Below are positions 39,530 through 47,548 of a DNA stretch of 62,483 bases, piece by piece. The notes below the pieces were generated by a model that saw only the letters and a list, made by a program, of their open reading frames with translations, ran no database searches and was not told the DNA's origin. This DNA comes from a virus (Duplodnaviria; Caudoviricetes): the IMG/VR virus record IMGVR_UViG_3300047440_000118, positions 1 through 62,483 of that record. The stretch is one strand, 5' to 3'. Made by a program: the position numbers and the translations under genes. How positions within the stretch are numbered: the first letter of the stretch is position 1; every line of letters starts with the position of its first letter.

Positions 39530-40260
39530 CAACCACCACCTTGCCGCGCGGGCGAGGCGCTGATGCCAAGCTGGTTGGGTAACGTCGGCGAAGGAACCTG
39601 GGAATAGATGAACGGCGCGACTTCCGGGGTGGCGAACTGCCGCGCCCGTTGCGCGAACGCCTCGTAGCGTTTCAGCATCTCGTCGGCCTGTTGCGTCCGC
39701 AACCCCGTTTGAGAACCAAGCAGCGCGAGGTAGGCCGCGAAGTAGGGCACGGCCGATTGCCACAGCGGCGGGATCGCCTCGGGCGTGGCGTCGTCGGTGA
39801 GCGGCACAGGCAGACACGCCATGTCCGTTCTGATCGTGTAATCGAGATCTGGCAGGTTGAAATAGAGCGTGCCGTTCGCGCCTTGCCCGAACTGCGACCA
39901 CAATCTCGGCGGGCCGCTTTGGGGCACCACGTCGTTCAACTCAAACAGAGAATACCACTCGAACGGACGCGCCCGCATCCACACCTGGCCGCCCGCGAGA
40001 ACATACCAGGCCGTGTTGATGGCGATCGGCCCGGCGACACCCGTCGCGCCGCCAAGCGTGATCGCGGAGAACGCATACGGCCCCCGGTTCCCCGCCGTGA
40101 TGGCGAGCGCGCCCATGACGCGGATCGACTTCGATTCACCCGCGACCTGGTTGCGCGCCTCGTTCAGATACGCGGTGAGATCAGCGGGCGAGTAAAGCGG
40201 CGTCGGCGACTGCGGCGTTTGCAGCAACCTCTGGGTGGAGGCCAGATAGGAAGTCAGCAT
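39529..40260 (-). CDS. head-tail adaptor protein (paralog 1)
   Basis: YLASTQRLL...LNEARNQVA...QFGQG...EAIPPLWQSAVPYFAA. Confidence 0.7.
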   Translation of the reverse strand: MLTSYLASTQRLLQTPQSPTPLYSPADLTAYLNEARNQVAGESKSIRVMGALAITAGNRGPYAFSAITLGGATGVAGPIAINTAWYVLAGGQVWMRARPFEWYSLFELNDVVPQSGPPRLWSQFGQGANGTLYFNLPDLDYTIRTDMACLPVPLTDDATPEAIPPLWQSAVPYFAAYLALLGSQTGLRTQQADEMLKRYEAFAQRARQFATPEVAPFIYSQVPSPTLPNQLGISASPARQGGG

Positions 40261-40300
40261 CCGGCCCTCCCTTCATGCTCATGCCCTCGTTCGCGTGTCG

Positions 40301-41455
40301 TTACAAAGGCTGGAGGATCACGGAATCGATTCCCGCGCCGGTGGTGAACACCACGCTCGCCGCCGTGGTCGGGATCGGCCCGCCCGAGGCGAAGGCCGCC
40401 GTGGGGTTGGACAGGAACAGGCCCGGATCGTTCAGCGTGACGGCGGTGATCGTGCCGCCGGCGTTGGTGGTGCCGACACCTTCGGCCGGTCGGATGCGCA
40501 GCGTGGTCAGATCGGCCGTGGGGTTGAGCGAGGCCGGAGTAGGCGTCGAATAGCCGCCCGCGCTCATGATCTTCGCGAACGCCGTCGCCGTGCCCCACGC
40601 CACGCCACCAGCGGCGATCGAGGTGGCGGTGATCGTGCGCAGCACTTGCGGCGTGATGGTGGCACCCGTTCCGGCACCGCCCGCCGCCGTCAGCGTCAAA
40701 GCGGAAAGTGTCGCGAGCGGAGCGCCGTTGTTGGTGCAGAGCGCCGCGGTGATGGCGTCCGCCGTCGCCGCGACCTTGACCAGCGTCACCGTCGCGTTGG
40801 TGATCGCGCCAAGATTGGGGTCCGCCGGATTCGGCACGATGATCGCACCTTGCGGCGCGGTCGGCGCCACGGTGTAACCCGCGCCGAGATTGGTCAGCGT
40901 GACACCCGTCACTGACGTTCCGGTCAGCGTGCAATACCCGGTCGCCGGGACGCCACCCACGCCGTTCGAGACCTTCGCGGGCGGGCCGGGGATCAGCAAC
41001 AGCGGCGGCATGGTGTAGCCGGCACCGGCCGCGTTGATCGTCGAGACCGAAAGCTGCCCGCCGACGATCGGCTGCCACGTCGATCCGCCGACGTTCGCGG
41101 TGATCGCGGCGGTGGACTGGGTGAACCCGGAGCCTCCACCCGCCACGACAGCGGCGATCGGGCATCCCGTCATATTGGCGATGCGGAAATCGAGACCGTT
41201 CGAGGACGCCTGGATGTGACCCTGCCGCTCCGTCGAGAACGCGCGCCAACAACCCATGACGGGATCGAAATACTGCCACACCGAATAAGTGCCGAGATCG
41301 AAGAAATACATATTCGATCCTGTCGGCAGCGGAATGGTCGAGCCGCCGGGAAACGCGATGCGCGCGGTCGGCACGTCCACCGGGGCGTTGAACACCTCGG
41401 AGGGATAGAGAAATGCCGGGATCGGAAGACCGGCGCCGCCGATGACGTTTGCCAT
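40301..41455 (-). CDS. capsid decoration/minor structural protein
   Basis: Directly after capsid gene; Ala/Gly/Thr-rich with GAGY repeats; GAGGG RBS. Confidence 0.6.
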   Translation of the reverse strand: MANVIGGAGLPIPAFLYPSEVFNAPVDVPTARIAFPGGSTIPLPTGSNMYFFDLGTYSVWQYFDPVMGCWRAFSTERQGHIQASSNGLDFRIANMTGCPIAAVVAGGGSGFTQSTAAITANVGGSTWQPIVGGQLSVSTINAAGAGYTMPPLLLIPGPPAKVSNGVGGVPATGYCTLTGTSVTGVTLTNLGAGYTVAPTAPQGAIIVPNPADPNLGAITNATVTLVKVAATADAITAALCTNNGAPLATLSALTLTAAGGAGTGATITPQVLRTITATSIAAGGVAWGTATAFAKIMSAGGYSTPTPASLNPTADLTTLRIRPAEGVGTTNAGGTITAVTLNDPGLFLSNPTAAFASGGPIPTTAASVVFTTGAGIDSVILQPL

Positions 41456-41468
41456 GTTCTCGTTTCCC

Positions 41469-42530
41469 TCAGAAGTAACCAGGTCCGCCGAAGCCCGTGA
41501 CCCAGGCCCCGGAAGATGATTTCGCACTGATAACATTGTATCCGAGTACGACGATGCCCTGTTGGCCGATCTGCCCGAGCGGCACCAGCGAGTGGAAGCC
41601 CGACCAGTCCATCGCGGCGTCCTCGCTGATGTAGAATGTCGTGTATTTGCAGTTGATGAAGAACATGTTGCCGACCGGGCAGAAGTGGTCGGCGAAGATC
41701 GGCACACCGGCGATGTTGATGTTCGGGAACGATGAGCGGATGTCGGTATCAAGGTTGTAGTTGCCGTTGGGTTGGATGCGGACCTGTTCGACGCCGATGA
41801 TGTCGTTGTTCAGGACAGCGTAGTCGGCCGGGTTCATGATACCCGCCGTTGGCGCCTCGCCGCCCGCCGAATCGGTGATCTTGGCGATCAGCGTGGACAT
41901 CGCCTTGCGGTTCCACCCGAGCGTGGCCGTGGTGAAATTGGTGTTCCACGACGACGGGTTGCCCGCGTTGATGAGTTGGCCCTTGAACGCCGAGTTGCCC
42001 GCCGCCAACCGGTTGATGCCGCCGTAAGTGGGCAGGTTCGTTCCGTCATCGAAGGCGTCCGCGAGCGAGTTGGGGAACTGCGGCGTGTTGCCGCTTGACG
42101 AGAGATACAGCAGCCGCGCGACGTTCTGCCGTGTCGTGGCGTAAACGTCGTTCATGCGGGCCTTGAGCAGGCTGATGACGGTATCGGTCGCCTGAAGCAC
42201 CACCTCGCCGAATGGCAACGGCACCGGAACAACCCAGAACGCGAGGTTCCACTGTCCGTTCTGAATCGCGGGGATCGGGACGGGCGCATTGAAGCCGCCG
42301 CCGTAATTGGTGAACTGCCCCTGGACCATGTTCTGGCCCTGCATCGGGATCGTCACCTGATTGAGGCCGCCAGCGGCGCGCTGCGCGTTGCCCCACAAGA
42401 AGAACAGCCCCGGCGAGGCGAAGTAGATTTGCACGAACAACTTTCGCACGAAGGCGCGCTGCACGACCGCCGATAACTCGTTGAACGCCGGCCCGGCGGC
42501 CGGGGCGACTCCTAAGCCGGCGAGAGCCAT
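41469..42530 (-). CDS. major capsid protein
   Basis: 353 aa after scaffold; YGGINR, IAGVPIFADHFCP motifs typical of HK97-fold coats. Confidence 0.8.
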   Translation of the reverse strand: MALAGLGVAPAAGPAFNELSAVVQRAFVRKLFVQIYFASPGLFFLWGNAQRAAGGLNQVTIPMQGQNMVQGQFTNYGGGFNAPVPIPAIQNGQWNLAFWVVPVPLPFGEVVLQATDTVISLLKARMNDVYATTRQNVARLLYLSSSGNTPQFPNSLADAFDDGTNLPTYGGINRLAAGNSAFKGQLINAGNPSSWNTNFTTATLGWNRKAMSTLIAKITDSAGGEAPTAGIMNPADYAVLNNDIIGVEQVRIQPNGNYNLDTDIRSSFPNINIAGVPIFADHFCPVGNMFFINCKYTTFYISEDAAMDWSGFHSLVPLGQIGQQGIVVLGYNVISAKSSSGAWVTGFGGPGYF

Positions 42531-42542
42531 CTATCTGTTCCC

Positions 42543-43139
42543 TTAACGGTTGGCGCGGGCGTCGGCGAGTGCCGCGCGAATTTCACGGTCCACAAGGCTC
42601 TCATCGACGAGGCCACCGGGACCGCCGGACTTCATCAGATCCTGAACGTAGGTGTCTTCCTTGTCGGCGTTGCCGCCACCGAACAGACCGAACATCCCGC
42701 CGCTCGTGGTGGACGCGGGCGGTGCCGGGTTGCGGGCCTGCCAGGCATCGGCGGCGATGGACAGATCCGCGATGCCGTTTTCCTCGGCGAACGTCTTCAC
42801 GGCCTCGATGCCGGCCGCGCGCCAACCGGCCGAACGCAACTGCGCGGCCTGGCCTTCCCACTTGGCGTTGAACTTTTCCATCGTCTCGCGTTCGGCGGCG
42901 AGACGGTCACGTTCGGCGAGTTCGGCCCGCAGCTTGTTCAACTCGCCGTGAACCTGCGTCACCGCTTCATTGATCGGGGCCGCCTGGTCGATTTCGGGGA
43001 TCGAGACGTTGGGGTTCACCACCTTGCGCGCCTGCAACAGCATTTTGCGCGAGACGGGGTTGTTCATCATCTGCTGGACGACGGAAGTCACCCCGGCGGC
43101 GGCGTTGTAGTCGGCTTCCTCAACCTCGATCCGTGGCAT
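42543..43139 (-). CDS. capsid scaffolding protein
   Basis: Charged helical protein directly upstream of capsid gene. Confidence 0.6.
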   Translation of the reverse strand: MPRIEVEEADYNAAAGVTSVVQQMMNNPVSRKMLLQARKVVNPNVSIPEIDQAAPINEAVTQVHGELNKLRAELAERDRLAAERETMEKFNAKWEGQAAQLRSAGWRAAGIEAVKTFAEENGIADLSIAADAWQARNPAPPASTTSGGMFGLFGGGNADKEDTYVQDLMKSGGPGGLVDESLVDREIRAALADARANR

Positions 43140-43146
43140 GGTGCGA

Positions 43147-43329
43147 TCAGCCTCCGCGCCCGTTGCCCGCGACGTGAGTCACGTTCATATCGGTCGCCTT
43201 GTTGGCATCGGGGATGTGCGACTTGCGCCCGCCGATGTCGTTCTGTTCCATGTCGACGCGCACGATCTGGCCGTCGTTTTTCGGAACCTTGCTGGTCGGG
43301 TCTTGAAAAATCGAGCCGCTGACTGCCAT
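43147..43329 (-). CDS. small head-module protein
   Basis: AGGAG RBS; 60 aa. Confidence 0.55.
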   Translation of the reverse strand: MAVSGSIFQDPTSKVPKNDGQIVRVDMEQNDIGGRKSHIPDANKATDMNVTHVAGNGRGG

Positions 43330-43340
43330 TTTCTGAACTC

Positions 43341-43790
43341 CTACGCCCCAGGGGGCGGCATGGGGGGTTTCGGGGCGGCACCACCGGGCGGCATTCCACC
43401 AGGAGGCGCACCACCTCCGGCGGCACCCATGGCGGCTTGATGCGGCGCCATTTGACTTTGCTTCATCGCCATGCCCTTGAGGGCATCGGACGGCGGCGCA
43501 CCAGCGGGAACGTGCTTGCCGAGAAGCTTGATCGCGGAGGCGAGGTCTTGCCCAAACGGAGTCGATCCGCCGACCTTTGACAGCGCCATCGCCATCGCAT
43601 CAACGAGAGCGCCCGCGATCTTTTGCCCTTGCGCAACGAGGCCGAGATTTTGACTCGGCTGCGTCATCGGACTGCTGCCGATCGGTGGCGCACCACCACC
43701 GGGCGGACTGCCGGGCGAAGGACCGCCACCCCCCGGAGGGGGAGGTGAAGCACCCCCAGCGCCGGGGGGTGGTGGCATTGAACCGGACAA
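43341..43790 (-). CDS. Pro/Gly-rich low-complexity protein
   Basis: PPPPG tails around a helical core. Confidence 0.6.
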   Translation of the reverse strand: MSGSMPPPPGAGGASPPPPGGGGPSPGSPPGGGAPPIGSSPMTQPSQNLGLVAQGQKIAGALVDAMAMALSKVGGSTPFGQDLASAIKLLGKHVPAGAPPSDALKGMAMKQSQMAPHQAAMGAAGGGAPPGGMPPGGAAPKPPMPPPGA

Positions 43791-43796
43791 AGCGCC

Positions 43797-43838
43797 TCAG
43801 CGCCGTCCGTGCTTACGCCGTCTGTGACGAATGTTCAT
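43797..43838 (-). CDS. Arg-rich micropeptide 3 (MNIRHRRRKHGRR)
   Basis: CAGGAG 6 nt before ATG; shares motif with two upstream micropeptides. Confidence 0.65.
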   Translation of the reverse strand: MNIRHRRRKHGRR

Positions 43839-43850
43839 TTTCATCTCCTG

Positions 43851-43892
43851 TCAGTAACGCCTGCCTTTGCGGCGGCGATTACGGTTGCTCAT
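43851..43892 (-). CDS. Arg-rich micropeptide 2 (MSNRNRRRKGRRY)
   Basis: AAGGAG 6 nt before ATG. Confidence 0.7.
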   Translation of the reverse strand: MSNRNRRRKGRRY

Positions 43893-43921
43893 GAGGGTCT
43901 CCTTGGAGGGAGCCTCCGGAA

Positions 43922-43978
43922 TTACTTCCGGCGGCCCTTACGGCGGCGCGCGCGAGCGGCCTTATCGGTCGGGATCAT
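43922..43978 (-). CDS. Arg-rich micropeptide 1 (MIPTDKAARARRRKGRRK)
   Basis: AAGGAG 6 nt before ATG. Confidence 0.7.
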   Translation of the reverse strand: MIPTDKAARARRRKGRRK

Positions 43979-44108
43979 CGTTCTCTCCTTTGCCCCCGCG
44001 AGATGCAGGTGACGGGGAGACCGTGCGAACCCAGGATAAAAAATAGCAACTGGTTGAAATTGTGCGGAAAACCGTCTAACACCATGCAACCGCATGATAG
44101 GGTGCCGC

Positions 44109-44297
44109 ATGGAAGCGTCGATGTCCCGAAGGATAGGATCAAAAGAGGTCTGCGACCGGCTACAGAAGTCATACGACTGGTTGAGAAAGACCAGAAAAGT
44201 GCCGGGGGCGGGACCGCCTTGCTACCGGATCGGCGGACGCTACCAATACCCCGTGAACGAATTCGAGGTTTGGCTTGAAAAGCAAAGATTCGAGTAG
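44109..44297 (+). CDS. AlpA/Xis-like HTH DNA-binding protein
   Basis: SKEVCDRL...WLRK...GPPCYRIGGRYQY...EVWLE. Confidence 0.75.
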   Translation: MEASMSRRIGSKEVCDRLQKSYDWLRKTRKVPGAGPPCYRIGGRYQYPVNEFEVWLEKQRFE

Positions 44298-44304
44298 TTT
44301 TCGG

Positions 44305-45036
44305 TCACATTTCCTCGGCTTCGACCTTAATCCCCGACTCCGCGAGGCGTTTCGCGGGCGCGCACAGAATGTTTTGCGGGTCCATCTTAAAAAACGAGTA
44401 ATTCAGCCCGTCAAAACACGATTTCAGCGCCAAAACGTCGCTCAAAAAGAACTCGCACCAAACCCACGGCTGAAATTCAACCAAACAGCGCCTCGCGCCG
44501 GTCAAAACCTCGAATTCATGGCCCTCAACGTCGATTTTCAGCAGATCGAGGCGACCGAATTGCTGTGAGTCCAACGTCGCGACCTCGACGCGATCCATCG
44601 ACGGATATGTTTCGTCACGAAACGAGACCAGACCGAAGTCCTGCGGCTTTGAGTAGTCGATCGCGGGCATTTTCTTCATCTCGAAGCAGTTCCCGAGGCC
44701 GTGATGGTGCGGGATCAGGTTCGGGAGGTCATTCAACAACGCCGTGCCGCACAGCGCCTGGTAGAATGGCTTTTGAATCTCGAAACTGTGAACGACGCCG
44801 TCCCTCGCTTTGACCGCCCTCGCCAGCGGCACGCTGATCAACCCATGGCTCGCGCCCGCGTCCACGATCACGCAACCGTCCGGCAGCGTCGAGGCCATGC
44901 CCACGAGTGCGGCGATCTCGGACTCAATATGAGTCCGGCCGGTTTTGACGATGTGATCCGCGACGAAGCTGCAAAACCGATTGACGATGAACCGGCCGTG
45001 AACGCTGTCCAACACGATCCAGGGCGAGACGGTCAT
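44305..45036 (-). CDS. FkbM family methyltransferase
   Basis: IVDAGASHG, SFE, LDLLKIDVEGHEFEVLTGA. Confidence 0.9.
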   Translation of the reverse strand: MTVSPWIVLDSVHGRFIVNRFCSFVADHIVKTGRTHIESEIAALVGMASTLPDGCVIVDAGASHGLISVPLARAVKARDGVVHSFEIQKPFYQALCGTALLNDLPNLIPHHHGLGNCFEMKKMPAIDYSKPQDFGLVSFRDETYPSMDRVEVATLDSQQFGRLDLLKIDVEGHEFEVLTGARRCLVEFQPWVWCEFFLSDVLALKSCFDGLNYSFFKMDPQNILCAPAKRLAESGIKVEAEEM

Positions 45037-45039
45037 TCG

Positions 45040-46812
45040 CTACCGCTTTCTCGCCCCCGTTATGCCTTTTTCCATCGCGTGAGCGTAACCTTCCGGATCA
45101 ACGCGCTTCAATTCCTCCATCTGCTGTTTCTGAGCGGCTTGTTTGGCGTGATAGCGTTGCAGGATTTTTTCTTTGTGCTGCAACGGGAGGTCTTCGATCA
45201 GCGTGTCGCCCTCGACGATGCCAAGTTTGAAAGCGCCAATCAGCAAACTTTGATGTTCGTCACTAAATATCGGGCTGCTTGTGTGGCCGTCGACCGTGAC
45301 TCGCCGGTCGTCCGGAATATCCGTCAGGAGGAAGCCTGTTTCCTCCATTTTCTCCGGGTCTGTCCAAAACTTTCTGCCGTCCTTCGCCTGCATCAAACTC
45401 AGGCGCAGATCGGCGGCCTTCGCGCACTGTCTTTCAATCAACAAGCTGTCATCTTTTAGTCGACTGCTCGCGACTTTCATCAATGGGTTGGCTTGCACGC
45501 CCGATCGAACACCGGATTCGCCTTTCCCGGACAACATATTGTCGAAGCCGCTGATTGAGTCGATGATCCCGATCAGTTTATCAATGATTTGCAGCGTTTC
45601 CGGCGGGATTTTCGGCGTGAGATCGTTGATGTTGCCGCCCGGCCCGAGATTGACCCATCCCGACGCCTTCATTGAGGCGTAAGTTTCATCGGTCAGACCA
45701 TCGCCGGTCACCGCGAGGATTTTATCGACCTGTAGGCCGTAGAGCGTGCGCAGATCGGCCATCGTTTGGCTCAAAAAATCTTGCGGCGCCATAACGTCCG
45801 TCAGTTCCGAGCGTCCCCAGATATTCCCGTGCTGTTGATTGGCCTGGATGAGCGTGTAGGGGTGCAAGCCGCTGTCCTGGCCCTGGATCAGCAGGTTGCC
45901 GATCTTGAAGACCGGCGCGATGAGGATATCCGGTTCGATAATTTGGATCGTTGAGTAATCGGAACCATGCCAAACCCAGATTTCATGGAACGTCACCGAT
46001 GGCGCCGACGGGTCGGGACGCGCGCCGTCATAAGCGCCTGTCTGACTGAGAGAGACGACGCCGCCGGGGATCGGCTTGGACAGTGACTCGAACTGAAGCG
46101 GCGAGGACGATAGCACCGGATGGTTGAACGACTGTTCTCCCGCTCCTGGCCCGGCAGCGTTGGCTTTGATCCGCGCGAACAACTCCTTGGCGTCCGGTCT
46201 CTGCCAGATGCGGCGCCAGACTTCGGGCAGCGTGATCGTCGAGGTCTCCACCATCGCCGGCTGTTCGTCGAGGTCGTCGAGGTCGGGGCGGTAGACACCG
46301 AACTGCCACGGCATGATGAGACCGGAGCGGTATTCCGGCAGGCGGTTCTCGCCGGAGACGACCGGCCATTGCTTGAGGATCGACGCGCCGTATTTCAACG
46401 ACTCGAACACGCCTTGAGCGAACTGCACGTCGGTATTGGTGCGTTCCCATGAGCGGCTGAGAAGCCGGGAGACGACGCGGGATTGCAGCGATACCTTGGC
46501 GTCGTAGTCGCCTTCAAAGTCGAGCGCGAAACGAATGTCCGTTGGTGAATACAGCATCGCCGCGCGACGATCGAGCAACGCGAACATGAGGTTGCACATC
46601 GATCGGGTTGTATTGAACCGCCCCGCCTCAACGAAGTCGGCATACGCGCGATATGTCGCCTGGCGCTGTCCGACGTTCGAGCGGCAGATCTCGATCAGTT
46701 CATTGGCGATGCGGATGATGCCTTTGTCGTCGTCGGGCAGACCCCACAGCGCCTCGGGAGGCGAGTAGGCGCCACGGGTTTTGAAGCGGACGACTTCGGC
46801 GGAACTGGCCAT
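45040..46812 (-). CDS. portal protein
   Basis: 590 aa between terminase and head genes; WGRSE...Q and ISG...G..E.GVRSG patterns of podoviral portals. Confidence 0.75.
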   Translation of the reverse strand: MASSAEVVRFKTRGAYSPPEALWGLPDDDKGIIRIANELIEICRSNVGQRQATYRAYADFVEAGRFNTTRSMCNLMFALLDRRAAMLYSPTDIRFALDFEGDYDAKVSLQSRVVSRLLSRSWERTNTDVQFAQGVFESLKYGASILKQWPVVSGENRLPEYRSGLIMPWQFGVYRPDLDDLDEQPAMVETSTITLPEVWRRIWQRPDAKELFARIKANAAGPGAGEQSFNHPVLSSSPLQFESLSKPIPGGVVSLSQTGAYDGARPDPSAPSVTFHEIWVWHGSDYSTIQIIEPDILIAPVFKIGNLLIQGQDSGLHPYTLIQANQQHGNIWGRSELTDVMAPQDFLSQTMADLRTLYGLQVDKILAVTGDGLTDETYASMKASGWVNLGPGGNINDLTPKIPPETLQIIDKLIGIIDSISGFDNMLSGKGESGVRSGVQANPLMKVASSRLKDDSLLIERQCAKAADLRLSLMQAKDGRKFWTDPEKMEETGFLLTDIPDDRRVTVDGHTSSPIFSDEHQSLLIGAFKLGIVEGDTLIEDLPLQHKEKILQRYHAKQAAQKQQMEELKRVDPEGYAHAMEKGITGARKR

Positions 46813-46900
46813 GGGGCTTCCCTTGAAGGAGCGGGGTGGTCTTCAAGGGCGGCGTTGGGCCGTTCATTTTCTTGTTGGGGATTGGCGTAGCACGGTTTGG

Positions 46901-47548
46901 TCAACCGCGCTTGCGGTATCCTGGCATCTGGGTTTCGTTGGCCGGACGATCCACGGTCACGGTCGGGTTCGCCATCGGCATCCTCGGGCCTTCTGTGCCG
47001 GCCGCGATGAAGCGCGAGGCGTTGCGTCCATGAGAGGCCCTCAGGTTCGTCATCGCGTTCAAGCCCGCGTTGGCGTGGTGCCCGGCGAGGAAGCTCTGTT
47101 GCAGCCCGGCCGCCATGGCGGACCCGTCCACCCCACCTGAACCGCCGACGAAGCCAAGCTGACCGGCGGGTGCGGCGGCGATCTGGCGCGTGATGGCGTT
47201 ATCGACCGGCATCTCGGTCGTATCGCCCTCGCGGACGTTATCGCGCATGTTCGTCATCTTGATGACGGAGGCTTCCTCGGCGGAGAGGCCGTGAACCTGT
47301 TGGGCGATCTGCGAGCGGAACTCGGCGCCGTCCTCCATCTGCCGGTAGAGGTCGTCGGTGTTCTTGCCGATCGTCTTGGCGATGTGCGGCATCACCAAAG
47401 CGGGTTCCATGGTCTCGGCCGCCGCGACGCAACCGGCGTAGGGGCAGGCGGTGACGGGATCGGCCGCGATCGAGGGATGATGGTCATACTCGAACACGCG
47501 GGCGCACTCGGGGCAACGGTAACGCTTGCGGATCATCTTGAACCCCAT
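46901..47548 (-). CDS. zinc-ribbon protein
   Basis: YRCPECARVFE...CPYAGC. Confidence 0.65.
   Translation of the reverse strand: MGFKMIRKRYRCPECARVFEYDHHPSIAADPVTACPYAGCVAAAETMEPALVMPHIAKTIGKNTDDLYRQMEDGAEFRSQIAQQVHGLSAEEASVIKMTNMRDNVREGDTTEMPVDNAITRQIAAAPAGQLGFVGGSGGVDGSAMAAGLQQSFLAGHHANAGLNAMTNLRASHGRNASRFIAAGTEGPRMPMANPTVTVDRPANETQMPGYRKRG

Noticed and set aside
41455-41752. Programmed frameshift fusing capsid to the downstream protein
   Set aside because: The overlapping open frame is plausible by chance at this GC content; no slippery site seen and the downstream gene has its own RBS
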